From NCBI RefSeq assembly GCF_006345805.1, contig NC_043001.1, positions 20,460,001-20,524,000 on the forward strand: DNA of 64,000 bases. Reading direction: 5' to 3'. Positions 50,972 to 61,597 of the stretch are shown here, one piece after another. The notes under the pieces are model-generated. The model did not search any database, was not told the origin of the DNA, and saw nothing but the letters and a program-made list of their open reading frames with translations. Positions within the stretch are counted from its first letter, which is position 1. The number at the start of each line of letters is the position of its first letter. This DNA comes from Octopus sinensis. Taxonomy: Eukaryota. Made by a program: the position numbers and the translations under genes.

Positions 50972-52870
50972 CACGATGGGCTTCTTTCAGTTTCCGTCTA
51001 CCAAATCCACTCACAAGGCTTTGTTCAGCCCAGGGCTATAGTAAGACACTTGCCCAAGTGCCATGTAGTGGTACTGATCCCGGAACAACGTGGTTGGGAA
51101 GCAAATCTCTTACCCCACAGCCATGCCTGCGCCAAAATACTCAAATTTAACATTAATTATTTGTTTAACTAACTTTATTTCTTCAATTTTATAAAATTTC
51201 AGGGGAACAATCTATTTCTAATTTAATGTCATAAAATACCATGGAATATGATACATTAATATAAAAAAAAAAATTTACAGTCGAGTTAATGATGTAGCCT
51301 CTAAATGGTCATTGAAACTGCTAGAAATAGCTGTCAAGTCACATCCTTAAAAAAGAAGGGCACATTGAATAATTTGAATAAAAGAATCTCAGATACACTG
51401 CTCTTGAAAGTAATAATGAGTGTTAACCGCTGAAAAACATTTGATCTATTTGCTCGAAAAGAAGTGACGTAGCGCTAACCAACATTAATAAATTTCCTGG
51501 AATAAGCTGCAAGCTTGCTGGTGTACCTCAATAGCCATTAGAGAGGTTTCCTAGTGCCCCCAACTTTTTCAACCCAAAGTGGTGAATTGTTTTGGGTTTT
51601 GTTTTCCTTTTTTCTTAATTTTTTCAATTGTGTTCTCTGTTTTGTCCAGTTTTTTTAACTTAATTTTGTAAAACGGTAAACAATGAAGACAATGAAATTT
51701 GAGACAGAACGGAGATAAGGTTGGTTAAAGTGAACATCGACCATTAAGGTTTATCACAAGTGTTGGTGAAAAGAGTATCAAAGTTCGATTTCAAAAGAAG
51801 TTTAGTAAGCTATTGCTTAGCATCAAGTCTGTCCCGATCTAGCAGACATGTGATGAAAGACGGTCCAGCCATGACCATGCCGTTTTCTTTCTTGTTTTTT
51901 TTTTTTTGCTTTCATCATACTATGTGGTCTACCGTTTATATTGATGGGTAAGGAAGGGTACCGTTATTTCTAGCAGATATAGCGACCACGTAGAAACTTC
52001 ATTAACTCAAGTACTTGTTTGTTGTATTTTAACCCCAAGTCAACCTCGATGGTTATGTTTAAGAGAAATTCTATCAATAATCACGATCTTTTCAAATATA
52101 AGCTGTCTTAAAATTATTTCAGAAATATATCCTTTTGTTGTTGAAGCAGTATGATGTAATTAAAGACATGAAAAGGGGGTGGTATTTAGCTATTTCTTTT
52201 AACAGATCCAACGACTATGTGGAGGTTCCTTCGTTGGTTCGAAAACTTGTTGCTTTTTATATTTTTTCCCCTTTTTTCCTGCACGATGTGGCATTTAGAC
52301 AGCTTCGTGTGTCTGTCATTCTCAATGTCTGGTTAATATACCAGAAACAAAAATGCCCGCATAAAGCTTTCATACCAATGAGTTGACAGAGCAGGGTATA
52401 AACATAGTCTACATAACAAACGGCAGTTTAGGTGGAATTTAACAAATCTTTTAATCATTCACTTCTAAAGAGAGAACAGAAAGCAGGTACTTTTCTCTTT
52501 ATGTTTTCATTCTTTCTCAGTTACATAATAAGAGTCACAAAGTGATGTTACTGCGATTATATATTTAAGTATACATAAAAATTACAACGATCAATGATGC
52601 AAAAATCACAAGTTTTCTAAGAACTAAAAAAAAGTAATTAATTTCACGCACATGTCGATAATGAAGATACTGAAAACTAGAGAAAAAAAATAGTAATAAC
52701 GAGGTGTTATTTGTGAAACCAAAAATTTCTTTGATTTTACTTTATGATTTTAATTCAAAGTTCAAATGAAAATAAAACTGAAACAATAATTTAATTTATT
52801 AATAATGGGAGACGTATTGTTAAACTTTAAGTAGTTTAAACATCGAGGAAAAAGTTTTAATATAACTCAC

Positions 52871-52983
52871 CAGCATTCATTAATCCATAAAACATGTATT
52901 CGGTTAATAAAAGCAAACTTGGTTGTAATCAGACGAAGTAAATCAATAGCTCTGTCAAAGCTCCAGTCAAATTCACGCGATGT
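52871..52983 (-). CDS. Candidate 5' exon of the minus-strand gene
   Basis: Donor CTG/GTGAGT and possible acceptor AATTTTAG; 113-nt open frame TSREFDWSFDRAIDLLRLITTKFAFINRIHVLWINEC, or an internal ATG giving MFYGLMNA. Confidence 0.45.
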
Positions 52984-53240
52984 CTAAAATTATATAAACT
53001 TTTGTTATTGTCAACTTTGCGTCAATGCGCATGAACAGAACAAATGGGGTACTTGTTACTGCCAAACGTGACCTGATTGTTAAATTGTCAACATTGTACA
53101 AAAGATTAAAGACTGGAAAACCAGTCGGGGTGGTAGAACAGTCGAAACTAAGTTTAGGTGGATTCGATAGTTTTAGGTTAATTCATTCTAGTGTAAATTG
53201 TCAGTGAGACCACATAACGGTTTCGGTTTTTTATGCGCTA
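52921..53240. promoter_or_regulatory. CpG-retaining, promoter-like unique DNA
   Basis: About 10 CpG in 52921-53220, whereas nearby unique DNA has few; TGCGCATG (NRF1-like half site) at ~53026. Confidence 0.3.
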
Positions 53241-53431
53241 TGAGAACACCAAAACTTGTTTCTTTACTAAATTCCCACAACTGCTATTTACAATAATTTG
53301 CTTTGATTTTTTTTAAACCTGTGTACCTCAAACCAGGTACCAATTTTTATTTATTTATTTTTTATTTTTTTTTGTAAATTGAGTAAGACACCCAAGAGCA
53401 TAAAACATTAAGAAATTCTATATATAATATA

Positions 53432-53728
53432 CTAGCAGTATCGCCCGGCGTTGCTCGGATTTGTAAGGGAAATAACTATATAAGCATTTTTAGAGAGTTA
53501 CTTCCCTTATATAATAGCCAAAAAATGCATTAAAAATGGGAAAAAATTATGGTAATTTTTTTTTAAATCGTAGACTCATCGAAGACGCGCGCTAATACCC
53601 AGAAGGGCTCGATATGAATCACGTCTATAAGTACCCGCTTTTTGTTACACTGCACCGCAAAATGTGGGAGTAGTTAGGAATCTAAATCGTAGGAGACAGA
53701 CACACAACTTCACTTTTATATATAAAGA
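53432..53728 (-). mobile_element. Non-autonomous Helitron H2 copy 2
   Basis: Reverse complement of 11148-11539 with internal deletions; TC and CTAG ends intact. Confidence 0.85.
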
Positions 53729-54130
53729 TTTAGCCTTGATGTCTATTTTTCGAACAGTTTCACATTTTTAGATGTATTGTTGATACCCCGGTCGATATTC
53801 CTGAACTACAGGAGAGATTTAACAGAGATTGAGGGATGTTTTAACATTTTTTTTTGTCGTTTGATAAAATTATTTATCTTTTATGCAAAAAAAATAATTC
53901 TGCTACATTTGATGATACTTATGATGATACATTTGATGATACATTTGATGATCGTCTTTCGACTCAACATCAAGCCCAGTGGTTTCTAAACTTTTTCAGG
54001 CTGCTACCCCCTTGGTTTTAAGAATACGAATACATTCCTGGTACACCCCACCTCACCATCCCAGACATATACCATTTTCTGCACCAAATTCAAAACAACA
54101 ATAATTCACAACTAAAACTTCACCTAATAA

Positions 54131-54500
54131 GCGCAGGAGTGGCCGTGTGGTAAGTAGCTTGTTTACCAACCACATGGTTTCGGGTTCAGTCCCACTGCAT
54201 GGCACCTTGGGCTGACCAAAGCCTTGTGAGTGGATCTGGTAGACGGAAACTGAAAGAAGCCCATCGTATATGTGTGTGTGTTTGTGTATGTATTTATCCC
54301 CCCAACATCGCTTCACAACCGATGCTGGCGTGTTTACGGCCCCGTAAGTTACCGGTTCGGCAAGAGAGACCGATAGAATAAGTACTAGGCTTACAAAGAA
54401 TAAGTCTTGGGTTCGATTTGCTTGACTAAAGGCAGTGCTCCAGCATGGCCGCAGTCAAATGACTGAAACAAGTAAAAGAGTAAGAGGATAAAAGAGAGTA
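54131..54500 (+). mobile_element. SINE family A (internal deletion)
   Basis: Head and tail present. Confidence 0.85.
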
Positions 54501-54999
54501 ATTAACCCTTTATTTTGTTTGTTTTTTATATATCCATTGCCCTATTTTGGTCACCCCATTATTCTTCAACACCCACTGGATCTTTCGCCTGCCCCCGAGG
54601 GTGGGGGCGGTACTACCCACTTTGGGAGCCACTGGTAAAATAATGGGTTCAGGTGCAAGGTTTATCTTAACTGAAGGAGGTTTCATGAAGCTGACTTGAG
54701 GTAATACTGATTGAAACCCTTTCAATAACACAGCCAGGATAAGGAAACTTGTCTGAAAAACTAACATAATTATGAAAGTCACCATAGGAAAATAGACAAA
54801 CGTTATATTTACATGAGGAAAGTTGTATAAAGAAGTGTCAAATCAATCACTTAAAGTGGATGGAATTTGTGGCAGAGAAAAACTCAGGAAAATTTGAGCT
54901 GAAACACTGAGGGCTGATTTCAAGATGCTGAGCCTCAGGGAGGAAATGACAATGGATCACGTTGACTGGTGTGATTTGTGAAAGGACCTAACCACCTCA

Positions 55000-55064
<65 letters not shown>

Positions 55065-55117
55065 GTATATATATTATTTCACTCAGGCATCGGGAAACAT
55101 TAATCTGGTTTAGAACC

Positions 55118-55368
55118 CTTTATACATATGGTCCAGAACACAATGACATATGAGTATAGAATAGCAATAGGAAGGAACAAACATTAGCTTACAGCTGTTT
55201 CTGCAATGAGATGTGGTGGACTGTTTAGTTGAATCCCTGCATAACATCCTTATAGCCTCATCAGAGCCTTGAATATGAAGAGCGCTTTATTTGGGAAAAT
55301 GTAGTTTTCAGAACATACAGGCATTAAGAGTGAGAAAGTTAATGTTGATGCCAATGGAAAGATCAGGT
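55118..55368 (-). repeat. Direct repeat copy 1 (pLTR-like, hammerhead-bearing)
   Basis: About 94% identical to 56064-56310 (about 15 substitutions and one 4-bp indel) with the same boundaries. Confidence 0.9.
55186..55268 (-). ncRNA. Type I hammerhead-ribozyme-like motif with long stem II
   Basis: GGCT-CTGATGA-G...-GAAA-CAGCTGTA-AGCT; GUA triplet and palindromic stem III ACAGCTGT. Confidence 0.55.
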
Positions 55369-56063
55369 GTATTATCTGCTTTCTACCCATATGTTACATT
55401 GATGCACCTGTTTCTCCCAATATATCAAATTATGTCTCATCATGCCCTACATCTATTTCCATCTATGTCTCTCCTTGATCCTGAAGTCAAACTCCACTTC
55501 ACCATCCCTCTCTCTTCTCCTCCTCCCTTGTCAACTGTATCATTATTATCCTCCCCTTCTCTCCACCTACTCTCCCCACTATACATAACTCATCAGTCAT
55601 TACTCTTCAACCCTATCCAACTTCTTTTACAGCCACAGACTGCCTAACCATCCTCTCATCTTCTAATTCCCCCTTGCAATTGTACAATATTCTCATCCAC
55701 CAGTTTATACTTACCTCAAGCTTTGTGGGGCCACTTAGACACCCCATCTCTTATCTATCTCAACAGTTCCTTCTGATCATTCTCTCCCTTCCCCTACTAA
55801 ATATGAGTAACCATGCAACTCTTCACCAAGCCCCTAATCTTTCACCACACTTTCATATTCTAACCCCTTATTCCATAGTATAAAACCAACCCTACCTACC
55901 TCAGGGTTTGTAGTTTTGCAAGATGTATGATAACTCCAATAGTGCAAATGGCACAAAAGAAAGCAACCAGTACAGCATTAGAAAGAGCATCCAGCCATTC
56001 AAACCATGTCAAAGCAAACATTGGAACACCATGAAGTTCTTGGCTCCATCAGGTCCAAGAACA

Positions 56064-56310
56064 CTTTATACATATGGTCCAGAACACAATGATATATGAA
56101 TATAGAATGGCAACAGGAACAAACATTAGCTAACAGCTGTTTCTGCAATAAAATGTGGTGGACTATTTAGCTGAGTCCCAGCATAACATCCTTATAGCCT
56201 CATCAGAGCTCTGAATATGAAGAGCACTTTATTTGGGAAAATGTAGTTTTCAGAACATACAGGCATTAAGAGTGAGAAAGTTAATGCTGATGCCAATGGA
56301 AAGATCAGGT
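56064..56310 (-). repeat. Direct repeat copy 2 (pLTR-like, hammerhead-bearing)
   Basis: See copy 1. Confidence 0.9.
56128..56210 (-). ncRNA. Type I hammerhead-ribozyme-like motif with long stem II
   Basis: AGCT-CTGATGA-G...-GAAA-CAGCTGTT-AGCT; GUU triplet and perfect 4-bp stem I. Confidence 0.55.
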
Positions 56311-56557
56311 CTCTCTTCGTGTAACCTGTATGAGATTATACCTAGTTCTAAGATACAAACATCCTGTTTGGAAGTGATCTAAATTAAAACATCTTAATTT
56401 ATGAGCTCAAATCTTCTAACTGAATAAGGAAAACTATTTTACTAAAATCCTGGTTCTTTTAGAAATAAGTTGAAATATAAGCTGTGTATTCAAAAAGAAA
56501 AATGGTATCAAGAGGGTTAAAAATTTTATTTTGTGTGTGTGTGTGTGTATATATATC

Positions 56558-56945
56558 TTGGCATCGAGAGTTACACAAATACTAGAACTGGGCACCACTG
56601 CATAGTGCCAAGGACTCCAAATTTGCCATCAAGATGTAGGACAAGATACTGCAATAGCCTGGGCTTCAGAAGTCCTCAGCTCTTCAATATCCCTCTGAAG
56701 GACCTGAGAGACCTGCATGGGGTGGATGTAGGTGTCTTCAAAATAAAGCTGGACCTCTTCCTGTCAGGTGTCCCAGATGAACCAACTTCACAGCAGGAAG
56801 TGCAGATGAGGGCAGCTGCATCAAACTCTCTCATGCACCAAATGTCAATAGCTAAAAAGTATTCATGAAGTAAAATTATGTAGCAACACCAAATGGCGGT
56901 GCCCCAGCATGGCCACAGCTCATGAGCTGAAACTAGATGAAATAA
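56558..56945 (+). mobile_element. CR1/L2-like LINE extreme 3' end
   Basis: ORF 56533-56868 carries RTGHHCIVP...GFRSPQLFNIP...KLDLFLSGVPDEP; the 3' UTR stem-loop is shared with SINE A. Confidence 0.8.
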
Positions 56946-57498
56946 AAAATATATATAGATAGATAGATATATTTCTTTATTGCCCACAAGGGGCTAAACA
57001 TAGAGGGGACAAACAAGGACAGACAAACGGATTACTTTATTTATCGACCTTGAAAGGATGAAAGGCAAAGTCGACCTTGGCAGAATTTGAACTCAGAATG
57101 TAACGGCAGACAAAATACGGCTACGCATTTCTGTATACACTTATTTATTAGAAGCTTACAGTTGTTTCAGTTATGCGTTTGGGTGGGTTCATGGTTCAAT
57201 CTTATCAATTGATCAACTAAAAATATAGGGAGCTGCCACCCTAAAATATCCTCTTCAGAGCTGCAACAAACCAATTGCCGACAAAAAGTAAAGGGTGGAT
57301 CTTAGATAATGTAGACTTATGAGAGAAATAGGTCATCTGCAAGTGACCGATTTTGATGAGGAATTACCTGAAGTACAATACCAGTCACAGAAATGTTTTG
57401 GTACCCTGGTGTCTTTTTATCCACAGAGGGCTTAAGAAGTATTTCACCTAGGTTATTAATCCATTATTAATCCCTCTTTGTTTTGATATTTATATATA

Positions 57499-57906
57499 GG
57501 CGCAGGAGTGGCTGTGTGGTAAGTAGCTTGCCTACCAACCACATGGTTCTGGGTTCAGTCCCACTGCGTGGCATCTTGGGCAAGTGACTTCTGCTATAGC
57601 CTCGGGCCGACCAATGCCTTGTGAGTGGATTTGGTAGACGGAACTGAAAGAAGCCTGTCGTATATATGTATATATATGTATGTATGTGTATGTATATGTT
57701 TGTGTGTCTGTGTTTGTCCCTCTAGCATTGCTTGACAACCGATGTTGGTGTGTTTACGTCCCCGTCACTTAGCGGTTCGGCAAAAGAGACCGATAGAATA
57801 AGTACTGGGCTTACAAAGAATAAGTCCTGGGGTCGATTTGCTCGACTAAAGCCGGTGCTCCAGCATGGCCACAGTCAAATGACTGAAACAAAACAAGTAA
57901 AAGAGT
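57499..57906 (+). mobile_element. SINE family A
   Basis: Full length; tail-to-tail with a family B copy. Confidence 0.9.
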
Positions 57907-57907
57907 A

Positions 57908-58140
57908 TATATTTCTTTACTATCCACAAGGGGCTAAACACAGAGGGGACAAACAAGGACAGACAAACGGATTAAATCGATTACATCGACCCCAGTGCGT
58001 AACTGGTACTTAATTTATCGACCCCGAAAGGATGAAAGGCAAAGTCGACCTCGGCGGAATTTGAACTCAGAACGTAACGGCAGACGAAATACGGCTACGC
58101 ATTTCGCCCGGCATGCTAACCTTTCTGCCACCTCGCCACC
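57908..58140 (-). mobile_element. SINE family B, near full length
   Basis: Head GGTGGCGAGGTGGCAG...GAGTTCAAATTCC, tail TTTAGCCCCTTGTGG...AAAGAAATA. Other copies at about 1332-1530, 5135-5345, 12280-12475, 45580-45800, 56972-57130, 59080-59270, 59595-60000 and 60950-61125. Confidence 0.9.
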
Positions 58141-60000
58141 TTGATACTTATATGTGTGTGTGTGTGAATGGATGGTGGCTGTGGTATTAAGAAGTTCACA
58201 TTTCAACCGCATGGTCCATTCCCATGGCATGGCACTTTGCTTGGACAAATGTCTGTATTGTAACCCTGGAATGCCGAAGTCCTTGTGAGTAGATTTATTT
58301 CATGAAGACTGTCATGTATGAATGTGTATGCATGCATGGTTACATATATGCATGTAATTCATGCATGTGTGTGTGTGTGTGCTTATGTCTCCTGGTCAGG
58401 ACTTTACATGACAGTTGTAAGCAAATGTCACTATAATACAAACAGAATCATTTCTTCCCAGTCTGCTGTGAAAACATGTTCAGCCAACGAGAAACACTAC
58501 CTTATTTAAAAACAGGTGGAGGTTGACAACAGGAAGGACATCTAGCCATTCTTCTCTTTTATTCTTTTATTTGTTATAGTCATTTGACTGTAGCCATGCT
58601 GGAGCACCGCCTTTAGTCAACCTAATAATTGACCCCCCCCCCCAAGACTTATTCTTTGTAAGCCTAGTGCTTATTCTATCGGTCTCTTTTGCTGAACTGC
58701 ACTGGGGTCAGTATAATCGACTTATTCCGTTTGTCTGTCCTTGTTTGTCCTCTCTGTGTTTAGCCCCTTGTGGGCAATAAAGAAATAGGTTCAGTTGGCA
58801 GGGTGAGAACATGAGAGAGAGAGAAAGACAAACAGACAGACAGATGACAAAGCGGAATGTAGTCTAAAAATTGTCTGTTGTCTGTGATAGTTTAATGTTA
58901 GTGAAAAACAGTGAAATGGTATGAAGATGTATTTTCCAAGCTAAATTTTTGGTCAGTGCTATTTGAGTGTTGTGATCTGAATCCATGTTGTCATTTGGAG
59001 GGAGGAACATCTTGGTCATGAGTTTTACAAGAAGTTTCGCAAATATGCTAAGAGGATGATGGATATTTTTATATGATTTATTTCTTTACTACCCACAAGG
59101 GGCTAAACACAGAAGGGACAAACAAGGACAGACAAACGGATTAAGTTGATTATATCGACCCCAATGCATAACTGCATAACTGGTACTTAATTTATTGACC
59201 CCGAAAGGATGGAAGGCAAAGTCGACCTCGGCGGAATTTGAACTCAGAACATAACGGCAGACGAAACTTCACTTGGATTATCGTTGGGCTAAAGAATAAT
59301 AATGATTTCACTTAATTTCAAAGATTTGACAATGCTAATATGGATAACAGAAGATAGTTGTGGGTTCTGTGATTCCTTCAGAATCGCACATATCTGAAGT
59401 TTCAAAGCCTTACAAAAGTCTGAAGGTGGCAAATAAATAAAATTATCCTTCAAAGTTCGTCCTACTGTTTTAAAATGGATGAATATGCTAGATAAAGTAG
59501 TCCTGCTATAGATAGACGTGGTTAGCCATTTGAAGCTACTATACGAAGGGAGATAATTATGTCAATTACAAATTTTTTAACAGTGGTCAGTGTTTAGCGG
59601 CGAGTTGGCGGAATCGTTAGCGCGCCAGGCAAAAGGCTTAACGGCATTTCGTTTGTCTCCCCGTTCTGTGTTCAAATTCCTCCGAGGCTGACTTTGCCTT
59701 TCATCTTCTAGGGGACGATAAAATAAGTACCAGTTGAAAACTGGGGTTCATGTAATGGACTTACTCCTTCTCCTGAAGTTGCTGGCTTTGTGGCAAAATT
59801 TTAAATAATAATAATAATCTTTTCTACTCTAGGCACAAAACCCGAAATTTTTCGTGTGGGAAGGGGACAGTCGATTAGATTGATCACAGTACGCAACTGG
59901 TACTCAATTTACCGACCCCGAAAGGATGAAAGGCAAGGTCGACCTCGGCGGAATTTGAACTCAGAACTATTTCTTCACTACCCACAAGGGGCTAAATACA

Positions 60001-60776
60001 GCTCTGAGAACTAATTACACCAAGTTTCAAGTAGATAAGAGTAGCGAATTGCCCCTTTGTAGGATGTGTGGTAGCAGAAACGAAACAATGTCACATATTG
60101 TGAGTGAGTGTAGCAAGCTGGCCCAAAAGCCCTACAAAAGGAGGCATAATAATGTGACTGAGTTCATCCACTAGAGGCTATATGTAAAGTACTGCCTGAA
60201 CAGAACAAAGAAATGGTACGAACATGAACCAGGGGTCACTGAGGACAAGGAACAAAAGATACTGTGGGATTTTACAATCTAATGTGACTCCCTAATCGAG
60301 GCTTGAGGACCAAATATTGTGGCAGATAAAGGGAAAAGGAAACCAAGATCATAGATATTGCAATACCTGGAGGTGCAATCATAACTACAAAGAACTAGAA
60401 AAGATTGAAAAGTACAGACTACTAAAAGACGAAATTGCAAGAATGTGGACTATGAGGAGAGTGTCTGTCATTCCAGTAGTTGCAAGGGCACTTGGAACAC
60501 TAACAACCAAGTTCAAGAAATATGTCAGAGAAATTAGAATTGACATGAGAACAGAGCAAGCCCCAAAAACTGCTCTGCTGGGGACAGCTAAGATTTTGAG
60601 ATTGGTACTTGGATGTTGAATGTCTCCCACGATAATTTACAAACAAGTATCAAAGCTTATAATGTGTGGAAAGTTACCCTGTGAGAGCTCTGACAGCAGG
60701 CTGTTGTCTGCTCTCACAGAATCTACCAGAACAAACAAGACCAAATGTTCTGAGAGGTAAAAGAGTAATAATAATC
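60001..60776 (+). mobile_element. R4/Dong-like non-LTR element 3' end (CCHC knuckle and RLE)
   Basis: CRMCGSRNETMSHIVSECSKLA, RRHNNV, ILWDF, EKIEKYRLLKDEI...IPVV..ALG...TALLGTAKILR; (TAA)n tail; several stops. Confidence 0.85.
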
Positions 60777-60885
60777 ATCATTATCATCATCATCGTTTAA
60801 CGTCCGTTTTCCATGCTAGCATGGGTTGGACGATTTTGACTGAGGGCTGGCAAACCAGATGACTGCACCAGGCTCCTAATAATAA

Positions 60886-60950
<65 letters not shown>

Positions 60951-61597
60951 ATCCTTTCTACTAAAGGCACAAGGCCTGAAATTTTGTGGGAGCGGACTAG
61001 TCGATTACATCAACCCCGAAAGGATGAAAGACAAAGTCAATCTTGGCAGCATTTGAACTCAGAATGCGCAGATGGACGAAATGTTTTGTCCAGCGTGCTA
61101 ATGATTCTGCAAGTTCACCACCTTAATATTGATGGTGGTGGTGGTGGTGGTGGTGTTGATGATGATGATGGTGATGATGAGCTTATTTACTAATTCATGG
61201 AAAACAAAGCTTTCTTATGTACACTGCCCATAAATATGAAACTTTATGATGAGTGATAATCAGTGCAATTGAAACAGTGAAAAATGTAATTATTTATTTC
61301 AAAATATTATCTTTAAAGATAATTATCAATAATGCAAAGGTCAAATTGAATGTCCCTTTGTTTGTTGATTTCCCCCTTTTCCTATCAAATTATATAGGAA
61401 GTGGTGACAATGTTGACTGACTGAGGTGGCAGAGAGAAAGAGAGAGAAAGAGCAGAGAGGAGAATGAGAAGAAAGAGAGACAGACAGAAATTCATTATTC
61501 ATATCTAAATATAGTAGGTGTGGGAAGGTGTCAGGGAAGTGTGAGTTTATCTCTCTGTCTCCCCTCTCTCTCTCTCTCTTTCTTTCTGTGTGTGTGT

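Noticed and set aside
53904-53952. 12-bp tandem (TACATTTGATGA), plus small tandem duplications at ~4160-4222 and ~8064-8154
   Set aside because: Ordinary slippage duplications with no further structure.
53977-54634. hAT-like ends CAGTGGTTTCTAAA ... TTTGGGAGCCACTG
   Set aside because: The 8-bp flanks (ATCAAGCC vs GTAAAATA) do not match, so I cannot call it one element.
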